Shown: positions 14,928 to 31,846 of the stretch, in pieces
How the letters are laid out: each line of letters starts with the position of its first letter
How positions within the stretch are numbered: position 1 is the first letter of the stretch
Assembly: GCA_964016885.1 (NCBI GenBank)
Contig: OZ024740.1
Coordinates: forward strand, 233,802,001 to 233,866,000
Source: Eledone cirrhosa
Taxonomy: Eukaryota
Length of the DNA: 64,000 nt
Direction: 5' to 3'
Translations under genes and position numbers: made by a program
The notes under the pieces: model-generated
What the model saw: the letters and a program-made list of their open reading frames with translations, nothing else
What the model was told of the DNA's origin: nothing
Database searches by the model: none

Positions 14928-16280
14928 TGCGTTCAATTCATAAGGGACCTAAACCGCTATGGTGAATAAGATACTAACTATGAACAATACGGTTTGCCAG
15001 ACTCAGTTAAAAGGATGAATTAGGCAATACAAACCGAATCGTGATAACTATCAACACATCCAGACAGCCTTTTGGTAGAACTGTTTCGCAACAAAGTGGA
15101 GCGAGTTACTAATACTATTGCTCTTTTAAGAGAGAAAAAAAAACGCCCATGGCAACGTAGATTATTAAAAATATATATATTTGGCTGTACTCTACATTAC
15201 CCAACTTGCTAAATGAATATGTTTCGCTGAGTAAAGACGAAATATGTCTAATGCTTTCACAAGTTGCTTTATAAACATGCTCCGCATTGTCTTAAGTTAT
15301 TTTAAAAAACTTGGATCAACTTAAGCTCAAGAATTACTCTCCCCTGATTGCTTCCCGTGATCTAAATACCATATAAGGAGTCTTAGTCTTGAAATTGCAA
15401 CAATAGTCTTAGTTTATTAGAGTATTCCCCTCTCGCTGTAGTGAGACTGAATTTGCGTTTATATCCATATTCAAAACATACATGTAACAAAACATCCATA
15501 CATATAACAAAACATATATACATACGTACACACACACATACACACACACAAACACACACACACACATGCATGCATATCTACAGAGAGAAAGAGAGGGGAA
15601 AAGTCAAACAAATAAGTACTTGATTACGTGCGTGTATGTATGTGAGTGGGGTTCTTGTGGTCCCTATTATGGAAACACTATGTATTTTGTTCACATGATT
15701 TTACGGTTACATTGCACAGGTCCATAGAAGTTTGAACCGCGGCACATTTAGCTTTTGTTGCGATGACAATAAGGATTTTCTTTATAGAAATCTACTTATC
15801 CTGTAACTACGTAGAATTTTTTCTCTGTCTTATGTAAGTAGATGTGTCAAAAGAGAGGGTTAATGCAACTATCTCTTTGAAAGACTGTCTTGTACGTTTG
15901 GGTTTGTTTCTTTTATCAGTGTATGTTTTCTTTACAATTCTTGTGTTTCGTTGGTATGTAGATTAAGTTCGAGATGGATCTGTGTATGGGGATGGTTTTA
16001 CGTAAATGTTTCGCATCTTTGTGTGCTTCTATGAACAAGTAAAAGAGAGAATGGCTGTGTGTGTGTGTGTGTGTATTTGTGTTTATGTGTTTGTGTGTGT
16101 TTGTGTCTGTGACTGTGTGTGTCTGTGACTGTGTGTGTCTGTGTATAGCGGTATAATATGATTGTGTGGGAGGGGGGAAGAAGCAAGGAGTGGGAAATAT
16201 AGAATTAGAAAAAAAGGAAAAATAGAAAAATTAAAAAGCAAAAAAATAAGGAAAGAATGAATGAAATAAATAAAGAAATA

Positions 16281-16312
<32 letters not shown>

Positions 16313-16829
16313 AAATGAAAGACTTCAGTGAAAACGGTTGCAGTCATGCTTGAATCATCCTACAAATATATCAAGAAAGTTGATTTCCAACACGAAATGC
16401 CACCAGAGGTCACTGTTTCATTGTTTGTAAAGGGTAAGATTGAACGGAACAGAGTAAAAGGCTAAGAAATCCTACAAGATCATAGGTTAATGTATTTAAA
16501 ATTATTTACAGTCGCTAAAATATAAATGAATGCAAACGGTTATGTTTCTTCTTCGTTTTATTGGTAGGTTTAAAGACGTGAAGGTGGAATTTCTGTCTTT
16601 CATCTCAATGGAGCTAATAAAATCTATTATATACCGGTAATATATTTGGGTATGGAACGGGAGAAGGGTTGTAAAAGAAGGGGTCAGGTCATAGGCGTGT
16701 TGTGTCACTTGAATATACCACAAAACATTGACGTCATATTCACCTATTCAACCTTGCCACTAAACTGGCTATATACAGAGAAGCTTCTTGTTTTTAACAT
16801 CTGAACCGTCATCAGCAACATTTTTTTCC

Positions 16830-16932
16830 TCCACTTCCTCTACCCCCCCCCCCTCATCCTCATCATCATCATCATCCTCATCATCATCATCTGCCACTTC
16901 TCCTTCTTCTTTCTCCTCCACACCTTATTCCT

Positions 16933-16963
<31 letters not shown>

Positions 16964-17091
16964 CTCCTCCTCATCCTCATCATCATCTTCCCCTTCTCCT
17001 TCTTCCTCCTCCACATCCTCCTCCTCATCATCATCATCATCATCATCTTCCCCTTCTCCTTCTTCCTCCTCCACATCCTCCTCCTCCTCCC

Positions 17092-17122
<31 letters not shown>

Positions 17123-17465
17123 TTCTTCCCCTTCTCCTTCTTCCTCCTCCACATCCTCCTCCTCCTCCCCATCATCATCATCATCATCACCATCATCATC
17201 CTCTTCTTCTTCTTCTTCTTCTACTTCTTCCTCCTCCTCCTCCTCCACATCACCACCATCATCATCATCATCACTATCAACATAACCATCATAATCGCCA
17301 TCATCTTTCTTCTCCTCCTCCGCATCATCATCATCATCATCTTCATCATCCCCTTCCTCTTCATCTCCCCCTCCTCCTCCCACTCCTCATCATCACCCAC
17401 TTCCTCCACCTTCTCCTCCTCTTCCTTCTCATCATCACCACCATCATCATCACCATCATCATCAT
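16830..17465. repeat. Compound (TCA/TCC/TCT)n trinucleotide tract
   Basis: Direct reading. Confidence 0.95.
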
Positions 17466-17530
17466 GGCGATAAAGATGTTCGTGATGAAAAAAAGAGCGA
17501 GAAGAAAGTTTGTTACTATGACGACGATTA

Positions 17531-17723
17531 GGGCGGTAGATTGGCAGTATCGGTAGAGGGCCGGGCACCCTGCCTTGCAGCATAGAGTTACGGCCATTTA
17601 CGGTCTGAGTTCCAATCTCACCGAGGTTAACTTTGCCTTTCATCCTTACGGGGTCGATAAAATAAAGTACCAGTAATGCACTGGGATAATTGCTGGCCTT
17701 GTGCCTAAAGTAGAAACAATTAT
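17531..17723 (+). mobile_element. SINE family A, full length
   Basis: GGGCGGTAGATTGGCAGTATCGGTAGAG...AAAGTAGAAACAATTATT. Confidence 0.85.
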
Positions 17724-17735
17724 TATCGACTGGTT

Positions 17736-17790
<55 letters not shown>

Positions 17791-18104
17791 CGGCGGTGGT
17801 GGTGGTGGCGGTGGCGGTGGTGATGATGATGGCGATGATGATGGTGGTGGTGGCGGCGGTGGTGATGGTGGTGGTGGTGGTGGTGGTGATGATGATGATC
17901 ATGATCATGGTCATGATGATGGTGGTGGTGGTGCTGGGTGATGGTGGTGCTGGTGATGATGATGATGGTGGTGGTGGTGGTGGTGGTGGTGGTGGAGGTA
18001 GTGGTGGTGGTGAATGATGATGATGATGGTGGTGATGATGATGATGGTGGTGGTGGTGGTGGTGGTGGTGGTGGTGGTGGTGGTGGTGGTGGTGGTGGTG
18101 GTGG

Positions 18105-18148
<44 letters not shown>

Positions 18149-18265
18149 ATGGTGGTGGTGATGGTAGTGGTGCTGGTGAATGATGATGATGATGGTGGTG
18201 GTGGTGGTGGTGGTGGTGATGGTAGTGGTGGTGGTGGTGATGATGATGATGGTGGTAGTGGTGAT
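17736..18265. repeat. Compound (GAT/GGT)n trinucleotide tract
   Basis: Direct reading. Confidence 0.95.
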
Positions 18266-18696
18266 GTTGCTGTTTATGGTGTATAGGTCGTAGCGTAGCG
18301 GTTGTGGTGGATGTGATTACGGTGGTGATACAGTAGGGGTTATACGTGGTGAGGGTGATCGTGACGATGACGAGGGTAAAGTGGATTTATAATCCTAAAA
18401 GAAGGGTGGGGTGAGAAGAAGGAGTGTGAATCAGTTGTTACTTGAGCAATGGAAGAAATATATAATTACTTAATGTATTTCTCTTTGACTTTTTGTTGCC
18501 TGCTTCTTTCTCCTTGTTATATTCCTCACAGAAACGCTTTGTTCTTAATATCAGATCAACGGTCTAAGTATAAATATATATATGTGTATATATATATATA
18601 TATGTGTGTGTGTGTGGTGTGTGTGTGTGGTGTGTGGCATGTGTGTGTGTGTGTGTGTGTGCAATATGTGTGTGTATGTGTGTGTGTATGTTTATC

Positions 18697-18820
18697 CCGG
18701 GTTCAATCGGGGTTTACCACAGTAAGTAAGGTACTCAATACATAGAGGAGTATAAATATTTAATAGAGAAATGGCTTCTACAGGACTAGCACTGTTTCAT
18801 TCGGGAGAAATCATCAGGAG
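18697..18820 (-). ncRNA. Hammerhead motif (18774-18820) plus tail, same family as 7825 and 38717
   Basis: Minus strand ctc-CTGATGA-tttctcccgaat-GAAA-cag-tgctagtc-ctg-TA-gaagc. Confidence 0.7.
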
Positions 18821-18854
18821 AGATGATCGTATATATATGTGTGTGTCTGTGTGT

Positions 18855-18985
<131 letters not shown>

Positions 18986-19194
18986 TGTAAGTGCGTATGT
19001 GTATAAGCGCGAGTGTGAGTTTGTGTCGGTGTATGAGCGAGTGTGTATGTGTGTGAGTGAGAGTGTGTGCTGCTTGTCTATGTGTATGTGAACCTGTGTG
19101 TAGGATCCCCTACTTCTTTACGATCATGCGTCCCATAATCAAGATGTCCCCAGACGTGTGTAATAGCACAGGGGACCTCTTCAGCAGGCACAAC

Positions 19195-21055
19195 AAATGC
19201 AATCTATATAATAGTCAGCATGTATGAAGTATCCTCATACCAATTCATTGATGTTGATTTTGCTGTGGAGAAATGCGCGCGGATGATCAGTGAGAACGAC
19301 GCGGTGTTCCGAGGAGTTGACACTGAAGACCCGGGCCTTCTCAGACTTCCCTGTGACAGAGAATATCTAAATGAATACAACCATAGCTGTTCCTGTCCCA
19401 GTAGACCAATAAGAGGTAGACCTCTTAGCATCACTTCTTTGACCAAAGTGAACATCCATGGAAAGATGGAGCGGGTGGCCCAGAGCCATACGGAGCCCTG
19501 AAAACCCCGACCATGTGAGAAGAATGATCGCGTATGCGGTAGAAGCTAGTATTAAAACTAACCTAAAGGGCCTTGTGTTTAAGCTCAATAATAAAACATA
19601 CGCCCAAGAATAGCGGGCGGCCGTTGGCGTCAGCATCGCTTACGATGTCGTCAATTTGTCATGAGCATTAAAGTAACAGTAGACCACCCCACTAAACATA
19701 CCCAACAGTAGACTACCCGTGTTAGTCATAACATTATGGAGGGAAACTATGAATGATAGTCCAAATTCTCCATTCACATTATACCTAACCCATGGATTAC
19801 AAGTACCTGATTCACCGGAACTATCTGAAATAGTTCAATATTTTGAGAGCGGACCTGGTAAGGGTGATTAGAAATGTGTCCCGAATGTACGATCAAAGAG
19901 TATTAAAGAGACACATACATCACTATATCCACCGCATGCAGTTCTCTGGTTATAACCATACACAGGATCGGGATTTACAAAGGAACCATGGCTAAATTCA
20001 AAACAATTGAAGGAGATCTGCGTAATAGTGAATATAATAATACAACTACAACGTTGTTTGTGTGAATTGTTTTGGAGAATTATATAAATGGGATTTTCCC
20101 ACTATACAGGAGCAAATCATGGAATAGTAGAGAAAGGACTAAATACGATAGGGAACGCCAACTCATGGTATGACACCCAAAAAATACCAGAGTGTCATGT
20201 CCGTCGATGTTAGCACTTGTGGCGAACTAGTGTATCGTTTTAGAAGAGCTGTAGAAAAAAATGAACTTTAGGATTAAAGTAGCAGAAAAGGCAGGAGCCA
20301 CTATAAAATCTCGGTTCAGTAGGATATACTCCTTTAGGAAAACACCCTGTACTTATAAGATAAGCCCACAGAAAAAACTGTAAAACTAAATAGAAATGTA
20401 GTCTATAGGATAATATGTACAGAGGGACAATACAAAAACAAGACAACGACATTCATAGCGGGGACAGCCTATAGTGTAGGAGAAAACTGAAGACAAAGGC
20501 CCATCAGTACTATACCAACATGCAAAACTAGAGCAAGGGGACTCAATAGATAACATAGAAATAATGCTCCTATCCACGCATAGAACTTACGCATCACTCA
20601 GACAAATTACTGAGGCCACACACATAGTAGACGATAATCCTAACCTGAAAAGAAAACACGAGTGGAATAGTAACAATCTGCAACTTAATGACTGAAGAGA
20701 GAATCTAAAAAAAAAAAGAGACAAAAAAAATACAAATCCACACACACATAAAACACACAGAGACATGACAAACACAAAAGACACACTCACATACACACAC
20801 TACACACACACACACAGGCGCAAACACATGCACAAACACGAAACACAAAACAAACAAAGACAAGATGGAGTAGAAGTTTAAGACCAGAAAATGAGGAGAC
20901 ACAAAACAGATGATCATTTAGGAGGTCACAGAATGTGTGACGAAAGAGCTTTGATAAACAAATGAATAAGGAACAATAACGATAAAGTGAAAATTATATG
21001 GTGTGTATATTTCTTTCTATTGGCAATACTAGCAACATTACCATACCAAAACATA
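19195..21055 (+). mobile_element. Decayed Penelope-like element (RT fragments, C-terminal GIY-YIG, tail with degenerate HHR at 20913-20955)
   Basis: Pieced across frameshifts: IDVDFAVEKC; MIAYAVEASIKT...FKLNNKTYAQ..AVGVSIA.DV.NL (motif B'); PLYRSKSWN; IKVAEKAG; NVVYRIIC; RQITEA...EWN. Confidence 0.65.
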
Positions 21056-21132
21056 ACAATATATATATATATATATACATGCGCAGATATACATACATGT
21101 ATAAATGTATCTGTGTATATGTATGTGCATGC

Positions 21133-21174
<42 letters not shown>

Positions 21175-21383
21175 CGTGGCCCCACTAACTAACAATGGTC
21201 TACTCATTGTATCATTAGTATTTTTGTTTGAAGATCTCTCCTATTTCTGAATCACGAATGTTTATATCTATTAGCAAAGCAATTGAAGGAGATCTGCGTA
21301 ATAGTGAATATAATAATACAACTACAACGTTGTTTGCGTGACATTGTAATGTATTCAATTATCTTCCAGGAATGTATATATAT

Positions 21384-23535
<2,152 letters not shown>

Positions 23536-23575
23536 AGAGTATTGAAGTTTGCTTGAAGCATTGTGGAACAATAAG

Positions 23576-24660
<1,085 letters not shown>

Positions 24661-25134
24661 GAAGTATATTTTGGATAAATGGCTTAGGCCTGACTAACAA
24701 GTCCAGAAGTATCTTTACTGACTATATTGTAATTCAGTGAAATTTGGATTTTTTTAGTCAACTAGAAGAAATTATTATGCTTCTATTTTCATTAAAAATT
24801 GACTGTGGTATCTCAAGAGTTACTTCCCTTGATCTTACCCTATAATTTAAAAGAAAAACCCCTTTTTCTAAACTTTTTCTAAATAACCAAGCCTTGCGTA
24901 AACTGTTATGTTATATTCCTAAACGGAAAGCACAATCAACCCTAGGCGGTCATCTTTGCTTTTATTTTTCTCATGATAGGCTGAATGACTTGGGGCCCAG
25001 AACCCAACGAAACTTGAGTACCTGTTTATGTCACTGTTGTAATTATTTATATATACACCTATATACACACACATATTAATATATATATGTGTGTGTGTGG
25101 GGGGGGGGAGAGAGTGAAAGAGAGAGAGAGAGAG

Positions 25135-25292
25135 TTCCGGGTTCAATCGGGGATAACCACAGTTAGTAAGGTAGTCAATACATTAGTAGTGTACACATCA
25201 AGTTTAATATAGAAATGGCTTCTACAGGACTAGAACTGTTTCATTGGAAACAGTTCTGGTCGTGTAAAAACTATTTCTTTATTAAACTTGAT
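25135..25292. repeat. Palindromic remnant of the 7825-family HHR element, folded at stem II
   Basis: ...AACTGTTTC-ATTG-GAAACAGTT... with arms 25198-25292. Confidence 0.7.
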
Positions 25293-25299
25293 ATATGTA

Positions 25300-25930
25300 T
25301 GTATGTTCTTCTGGTTTTATAATTTCACAAATTTTTGCCAATAGAGAAAGTCGGTTTTTAACATAGACAAAGACTCTCTCATTGGAATTTACACATCAAC
25401 TAGGTAGATATGTATGTATGTCTGCATGCATGCATGTATAGGTATGGATGTCATTGTATGTGTGGATGTGGATGTTTTGAGTTGTATGTCTGCATGTGTA
25501 TGTGCTTAGTATCTGTACATGTGTATATGCAGTTATTAGATGCAAAATTTTTGGAATGTTCTACATATTTTTGCTGTTTGATTAATGGATTGTACTTGTA
25601 ATTTCCTAACTAGTTGTGTTCTTTCTGTTATTGTGAAGCCTAGCTTCTCAAGATTTGTATTGAGGCAGTTACTAACATATCCCAGTGCCCCAATAATCAC
25701 AGGCATAAATCTGCAGGTGTAATCAGGGTGGAGTATCTGCAGATTTCTAATTAGTTCTGCATAAATATTCTCGTTTTCTCTAATCTTTGATATTATATTG
25801 GCATCTGCTGGGCAGCTAATTTCCACTACTGTGCATGCCTTTCTTTCCCTGTCCCATATCATAATATCCGGTCTGTTATGCCTGCATTTTATTGGGGTTT
25901 TTACTGGGGCATTCCACCAGTACTCTTTCA
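25300..25930 (-). mobile_element. R4/Dong-like LINE 3' end
   Basis: EYWWNAPVKTPIKCRHNRPDIMIWD...VVEISCPAD...IIGALG; near-identical to 40095-40730. Confidence 0.85.
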
Positions 25931-26113
25931 TATTACCACCACCAGTACTCTTTCATATTACAACCACCATTACAATCAATACTAGCTTCCATTCTATCAT
26001 CACAACAAACACCACACACCACAATCGTTGCCACCGACACCCTAAACATCCAAAACCACAACCATCATAACACAACCAGCACCAAAGGTACTACATCGAC
26101 GACCAATACACAA

Positions 26114-26163
<50 letters not shown>

Positions 26164-26315
26164 TACTACTACTACTACTACCACTACAGCTGCTGCTGCT
26201 GCTACTACTACTGCTACTACTACTGCTGCTGCTACTACTACTACTACTACAGCTGCTGCTGTTACTACTACTACTGCTACTACTACTACTACTACTACTG
26301 CTGCTTCTGCTGCTG

Positions 26316-26369
<54 letters not shown>

Positions 26370-26370
26370 T
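26114..26370. repeat. (ACT/GCT)n microsatellite
   Basis: Direct reading. Confidence 0.95.
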
Positions 26371-26689
26371 ACTACCACTTATAATCAGCAGTATTTTTTT
26401 AACCTATTGCATAACTACAATGTACATGACAAAGAACAAGATTTGAAGAGAAATCTGTAAAATATGTTGACAGCGTCTCATGGAGTCGAGCTATAAAAAG
26501 TGAGAGGTCGCTGCTGTACAAGCACGTGACCATAGCTGATCGACATTAACTGTGAAAGGAATTAGTTAGATGGAAACTTATTAAAAGAAGAAATATATTA
26601 AATTATTTTATCGCCTATTAAATATGTTATCAACTTCATCATCATCATCATCCCCATCATTATTATTATTTGTTTAGTGTTGATATCAT

Positions 26690-28330
26690 TATTATTTTTT
26701 ATTGCTCATCATTACTGCTGTACCGAGCACAGCTCTGTGCGCCTTAGGTATGAGCAGTCTAGTTTTTGTTGGCGTTGTTTCTATTGTATTGATAGTACTT
26801 TTCGTAATATGTGTGCAATGCCTAGTAGTGCTAATTTTTGTATGCTGTATATAGGTGTAAGTCCTGGGGTTTTGGCTATGTATTTTTCTGTGTTTTTATC
26901 ATTCCTAGAGCACCTATTATTATAGCTATTATTTCAATTTTCATTTTCCACATTCGAGTTATTTCTATCTCTAGATCTTTATATTTGGAGAGTTTCTCTA
27001 TTTCCTTGGAAGATATATTGTCATCTGTGGGGATTGATACATCTATTAGAGGGCATTTTCTTTTTCTTTGTGGCGTTTGACTATAATATCTGGTCAGTTG
27101 GCTTTGATCTTTCTGTATGTATTGGCATATCCCAGAGAATGGTTGCTTTGTTATTCTCTGACATGTTTTCTGGTGTGTGTTTGCACCATCTTTTTTCTGT
27201 TAGTATTTCATAATGCTGGCATAACTTCCAGTGTATGAAGGTCCCATCTCTATTATGCTTGTGGATATATTCCTTTTTGGCTAGAGCTGGGCATCCAGAA
27301 ACATATTCTATAGTTACTTATTGTGCTTTGTCTCATTATGTACTTCTGGTAGTTCCTGGTGGGTAGGCTTTGATCTTGTGCCGCAATTAGCAATCTTTCC
27401 GTCTCCACGTTTAGTGCAGTGCTTCGGAGCCAGTTTTGTGTTTTGGGTGTCTACTTCCTTTTTATGTAGCTCCAATGCGGTATTGGCCATGTAAGGATTT
27501 CTCTTGCCAAAGTTTTAAACATGCCATTCTGGAGGTCAGTTTTCAATTTAAGTTTTATGTATTTCCCAATTGCTGTTGTTGTTTTTTCTTTGTTTTCATT
27601 TTCCTCTCAGTTATCTATTAGTCCAGTTTCAGATTTGAATTTTTTTGGCTTCATTGAAGACCGAGAACGGTTTTTTGTTTTGTTCACATTTTGTGGTTAT
27701 TTGTTTTTTTCACATTTTGTGGTTATTTGCTTTCCTTTGTTTTTTATTAGGTACTTTTGTAATCCTACAGTAGTTATTTGATAACAGTTTTATAGTTGCA
27801 TAAGGCCCCTTCCTCCTTGTGTTCCTAGTAGGTATAATCTTTCTAAGTCTGATTTTGGATAGTGTATTCTAGATGCGGTCATTAATTTTCTTGTTTTTCT
27901 ATCTGTTCCAGCTAGTTCTTTTAGTGTCCAGTTCAGAATGTTAAAGCTGTAGCTCATTACTGGGATTGCTAAAGTGTTGATGCCAATCACCTTATTCTTT
28001 GCATTTAGTTCAGTTTTAAGTATTAACTTAATTCTTCTGTAGTATTATTTTCTAATCTTTTCTTTCATCTATGTTGAATCTTATCTTGTTCATTGATTCC
28101 TAAGTTCTTGTATGTCTGAGTTTGATCTAGTTCTCTTATGTTTCTTTCTTTATCTGACATGATATTATTGCTTTTCACTAGTTTCCCTCTCTTCAGAGTT
28201 CCCTCTCTTCAGAGTTGTTTTTCATTTGTAGTATACAGCTTTAGATCATCCATATATAGAAGATGGTTAATTTTCCTATTGTAGCATTTATACACTAGCC
28301 CAGTTCTGTTTAGTGTTTCATATAGTAATG
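26690..28330 (-). mobile_element. R4/Dong-like LINE, RT-RLE half, decayed
   Basis: INTLAIPVMSYSFNILNW...HYPKSDLERLYL..QGGRGL; LIAAQDQ; ILWDMPIHT. Confidence 0.8.
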
Positions 28331-28425
28331 TAAGTGTTAGGTAGAAACGCCTTTTGGTAATCAATTCAAGCGATGCTGAGGTTTTTTTTTTTTTTGCAGT
28401 TTACGGTTATAGCTTTATTTATTAA

Positions 28426-28851
28426 CTAGACCATCCGTGGCCCGTTGCATCACGTTCATTTCAAAATATGTTTTTAAAATCATGTTTACTTAAAAATATT
28501 TTTTAAATAATTCAAATATACACAGACATGTATATAATGTGAAATGAAACTGGAAGGCCCATATATATATACGTGTGTGTATGTATATATATAAATGTGT
28601 GTGTGTATGTATATATATATATATATATATATATGTCGGTATCTGTGATCTATATACACTGGTCATAGACTCACACACACATATATATATACACACACAC
28701 TCACACACATATATATATATATATATATACAACAACACCAACAGCTCTCTCTCTCTCTCTCTTCCATTTTCCTTTTCTGTCTCCTCTCCTTCTCTCTATG
28801 TCTCTCTTTCAATCTACTCTCTCACAACCACTATCTCTCTCTCTCTCACAA

Positions 28852-28892
<41 letters not shown>

Positions 28893-29060
28893 ATGAAGGT
28901 ACCCGCAAAGCCCAATATCTCGAGAACCCGTGCTTCGATTTACGCAAAACTTCTTTTATTCCAATTGTATTCCAATTTCAGGGGCAATTCCCTTTCAAAG
29001 TATTTCCCATTATGCGCCCTTTTGACTGTATTACATTACAGACAAGCAACCAATCACAGA
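28426..29060 (-). mobile_element. Non-autonomous Helitron 3' part (related copy at 48030-49120)
   Basis: Minus strand CGTGATGCAACGGGCCACGGATGGT-CTAG|T terminus; shares blocks with 48030-48170 and 48840-49120. Confidence 0.6.
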
Positions 29061-29064
29061 ATTT

Positions 29065-29240
29065 AATTAACCTCTGCTGCATCCTTTCTATTCTTCTGGG
29101 AGCAAGTTGTATTTTTCCAGGTGTTTGGTTATTTTCTGTGGTAGTATTGAAGTTAAGGTTTTGTATGCAGTAGGCAAGCAGTGTTGTTCCCCACTCCAGC
29201 TCAGTACATTTTCTAAAAGGTGGTTGAATGTGGCGAGAAC
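29065..29240 (-). mobile_element. R4/Dong-like RT fragment
   Basis: CLPTAYKTLTSIL..KITKHLEKYNLLPEE. Confidence 0.65.
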
Positions 29241-29799
29241 GGCCTGTGTGAATGGGCCCACTCTACGCATGTGCCTGTTGGCTGGCTAATTTGAGGAGGT
29301 GAGGCGGTACTCTTCCTGAGTGCCCTCTAAGCGTCGGGTGGTTCAGGATTGGGGGGGGGGTACCTGAGTCGCCCCAGGGATTTTTTGCCCGCTCCCCCTA
29401 TTGGGAATTTATTTTGTTATATTTTATTGTTAATTGCTTTTGTTAATTTGTTTTTTTACTCGATTTTATGGTAAAACCCCATTATCTCTGTCTTTGTATT
29501 GTCCCCTATATGTCGGCCCTTGTGGCTAATAGATTAAACAACTACAACTATTATTCCTACTACTACTTCTACTACTACTAGTACTACTACTACTACTACG
29601 ACTACTACTACTACTGTTACTACTACTTCATTAGATACAGCATTTTACTAGGCTTAAGTAATTTCAGCGTTAGAAATCCGGTTGTTATATTAATTTTTGT
29701 TTATATATGTGTGTATGTGAGTTTGTGTATGTGCACGTGTGAGAGAGGGTGTATATATATATATATAATATATATGATATATATATATATATAATATGT

Positions 29800-30235
<436 letters not shown>

Positions 30236-30238
<3 letters not shown>

Positions 30239-30845
30239 TGGCTGCCAACTCGTTTTCGAGTACGGCCACTACTTTATAAACATGTAGGAGAACCCCTACC
30301 GATGCACTGAACAAGTGTGACTTTTTAGTCCAGCCAGCAACTTGAAAACTCTGGTACAAACACTACACTTGTGACAATTACTGACACATAGTGCTGGGCC
30401 CATTGTACCCTGTGATGACAAGTGAAGAGAGATCTCCAGATATAAAGCAATGCCTGTGCCGTGAAGCTTTTATAGTGAGCAAAGGCACTGCACAAAGCCA
30501 GTCCCACTCTCTTAACCAAGATGATATTTACCAAAAAGAAGAACAAGTCAACATCATTGGATACCAACAGGGTTGCAGGTGTTATATCAGAGTTTTCCTT
30601 CTCCTAGAATTCTGCCTTGACAAAGGCTAAGGGGTCATCTCTCCCGATGATTTTGGATGGCCATTGACTCTTAAGAGCTCCTTTGCCCTTTGACAGGTTT
30701 TGTTTTTAGTCCTGCAGGATGTCCAAAGTCACCCTCGTCACCAAGAAACCTTCGTGGGGTTGCCAGTTTAGTCGCCAACGACCCGACCATGGGACAGGTT
30801 GTACTGGGATACATGTTACCAGTAGCACCAACTGGTGACCTGACA
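30236..30845 (-). mobile_element. Non-autonomous LINE-derived retroelement, family B
   Basis: Leader ...GGCGACTAAAC..., CTAGGAGAAGGAAAACTCTGA motif like RTE 5' UTRs, 3' end GAGTTGGCAGCCACCAT plus microsatellite; copies at 39272-39890, 44077-44320 and 45452-45680. Confidence 0.65.
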
Positions 30846-30872
30846 TATATATATATATATTTATATATGAAA

Positions 30873-31006
30873 TATGAAATATAAGAATCAAAGAACTGTT
30901 CAAAACATTATTGTGCTTACAGCTGTTTCCTCCAAACCGAGGTTTGGAGGAAACAGCTGTAAGCACAATAATGTTTTGAACAGTTCTTTGATTCTTATAT
31001 TTCATA
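30873..31006. repeat. 134-bp palindrome with half-HHR GAAAcagctgTA on each arm
   Basis: ...CAGCTGTTTCCTCCAAACC-GA-GGTTTGGAGGAAACAGCTG... Confidence 0.9.
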
Positions 31007-31173
31007 TAACTGCTCTGTAAATCATCTGATGTTTGTACATTGAGCTACTTAACTTACTGGTAATAAGGTAGTAATACATTTCTGCCTACCACTATTTAGG
31101 GTGTATGTAAAATACTTATAACTGCATAAGGTTTTGTATTTACATAACCATAGATAGTATAACTAATACTATA

Positions 31174-31221
<48 letters not shown>

Positions 31222-31224
<3 letters not shown>

Positions 31225-31846
31225 TTATTAAAATAACAGATTAAAGTTTAAGCAAAGAATCGCTGCTTTCACCCTTAACGGGATCTTCTGAAACTAACAA
31301 AGTCAATCTGTAAACGCAGAAGTGGATGTTTCAAAAAAGGTTGCAACCAGAGGAACACAGTAAGACGATACTTTGGTTCGTGGAAACGTTCCCTGGCAAA
31401 GAACGGGAAAAAACGAATATAATACGTCATTAATGAAAAGCAATTACGCGCAAAGACAGAACCACGTTTATGGTATAAAAGAAGTCGTAGACTAATGTTC
31501 TCTTAGGTGGTTCATAGAGACGTTCTCTGGCAATGAACGGAAAAAACGTATTAATGACGTATTATATTCGTTTTTTCCCGTTCTTTGCCAGGGAACGTTT
31601 CCACGAACCAAAGTATCGTCTTCCTGTCTTCCTCCGGCTGCAACATTTTTTTAAATATCCACTTCTGCGTTTACAGATTGACTTTGTTAGTTTCAGAAGA
31701 TCCCGTTAAGGGTGAAAGCAGCGATTCTTTGCTTAAACTTTAATCTGTTATTTTAATAAATATTTGCTCTACGGTTCTTATATATTTGATATATATTTAT
31801 CCTTATCGAGGCCTCTTTGGATTTTAGTCTTCAAATTTATTATTAT

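Noticed and set aside
15058-15132. Possible HHR on the minus strand (stem II gcaata/tgttgc, GAAAcag...ctgTC)
   Set aside because: 5' core is not CUGANGA-like and stem I does not pair; at best a dead remnant
17531-17620. tRNA gene
   Set aside because: A/B boxes belong to a SINE head; no cloverleaf, and many copies share the same tail
16788-18286. Poly-Ser, poly-Asp/Glu and poly-Gly ORFs
   Set aside because: Open in several frames on both strands because they are trinucleotide repeats; no unique coding flanks or splice evidence
25892-26446. Thr-rich mucin-like ORF with a hydrophobic end
   Set aside because: (ACT)n microsatellite adjoining a LINE end
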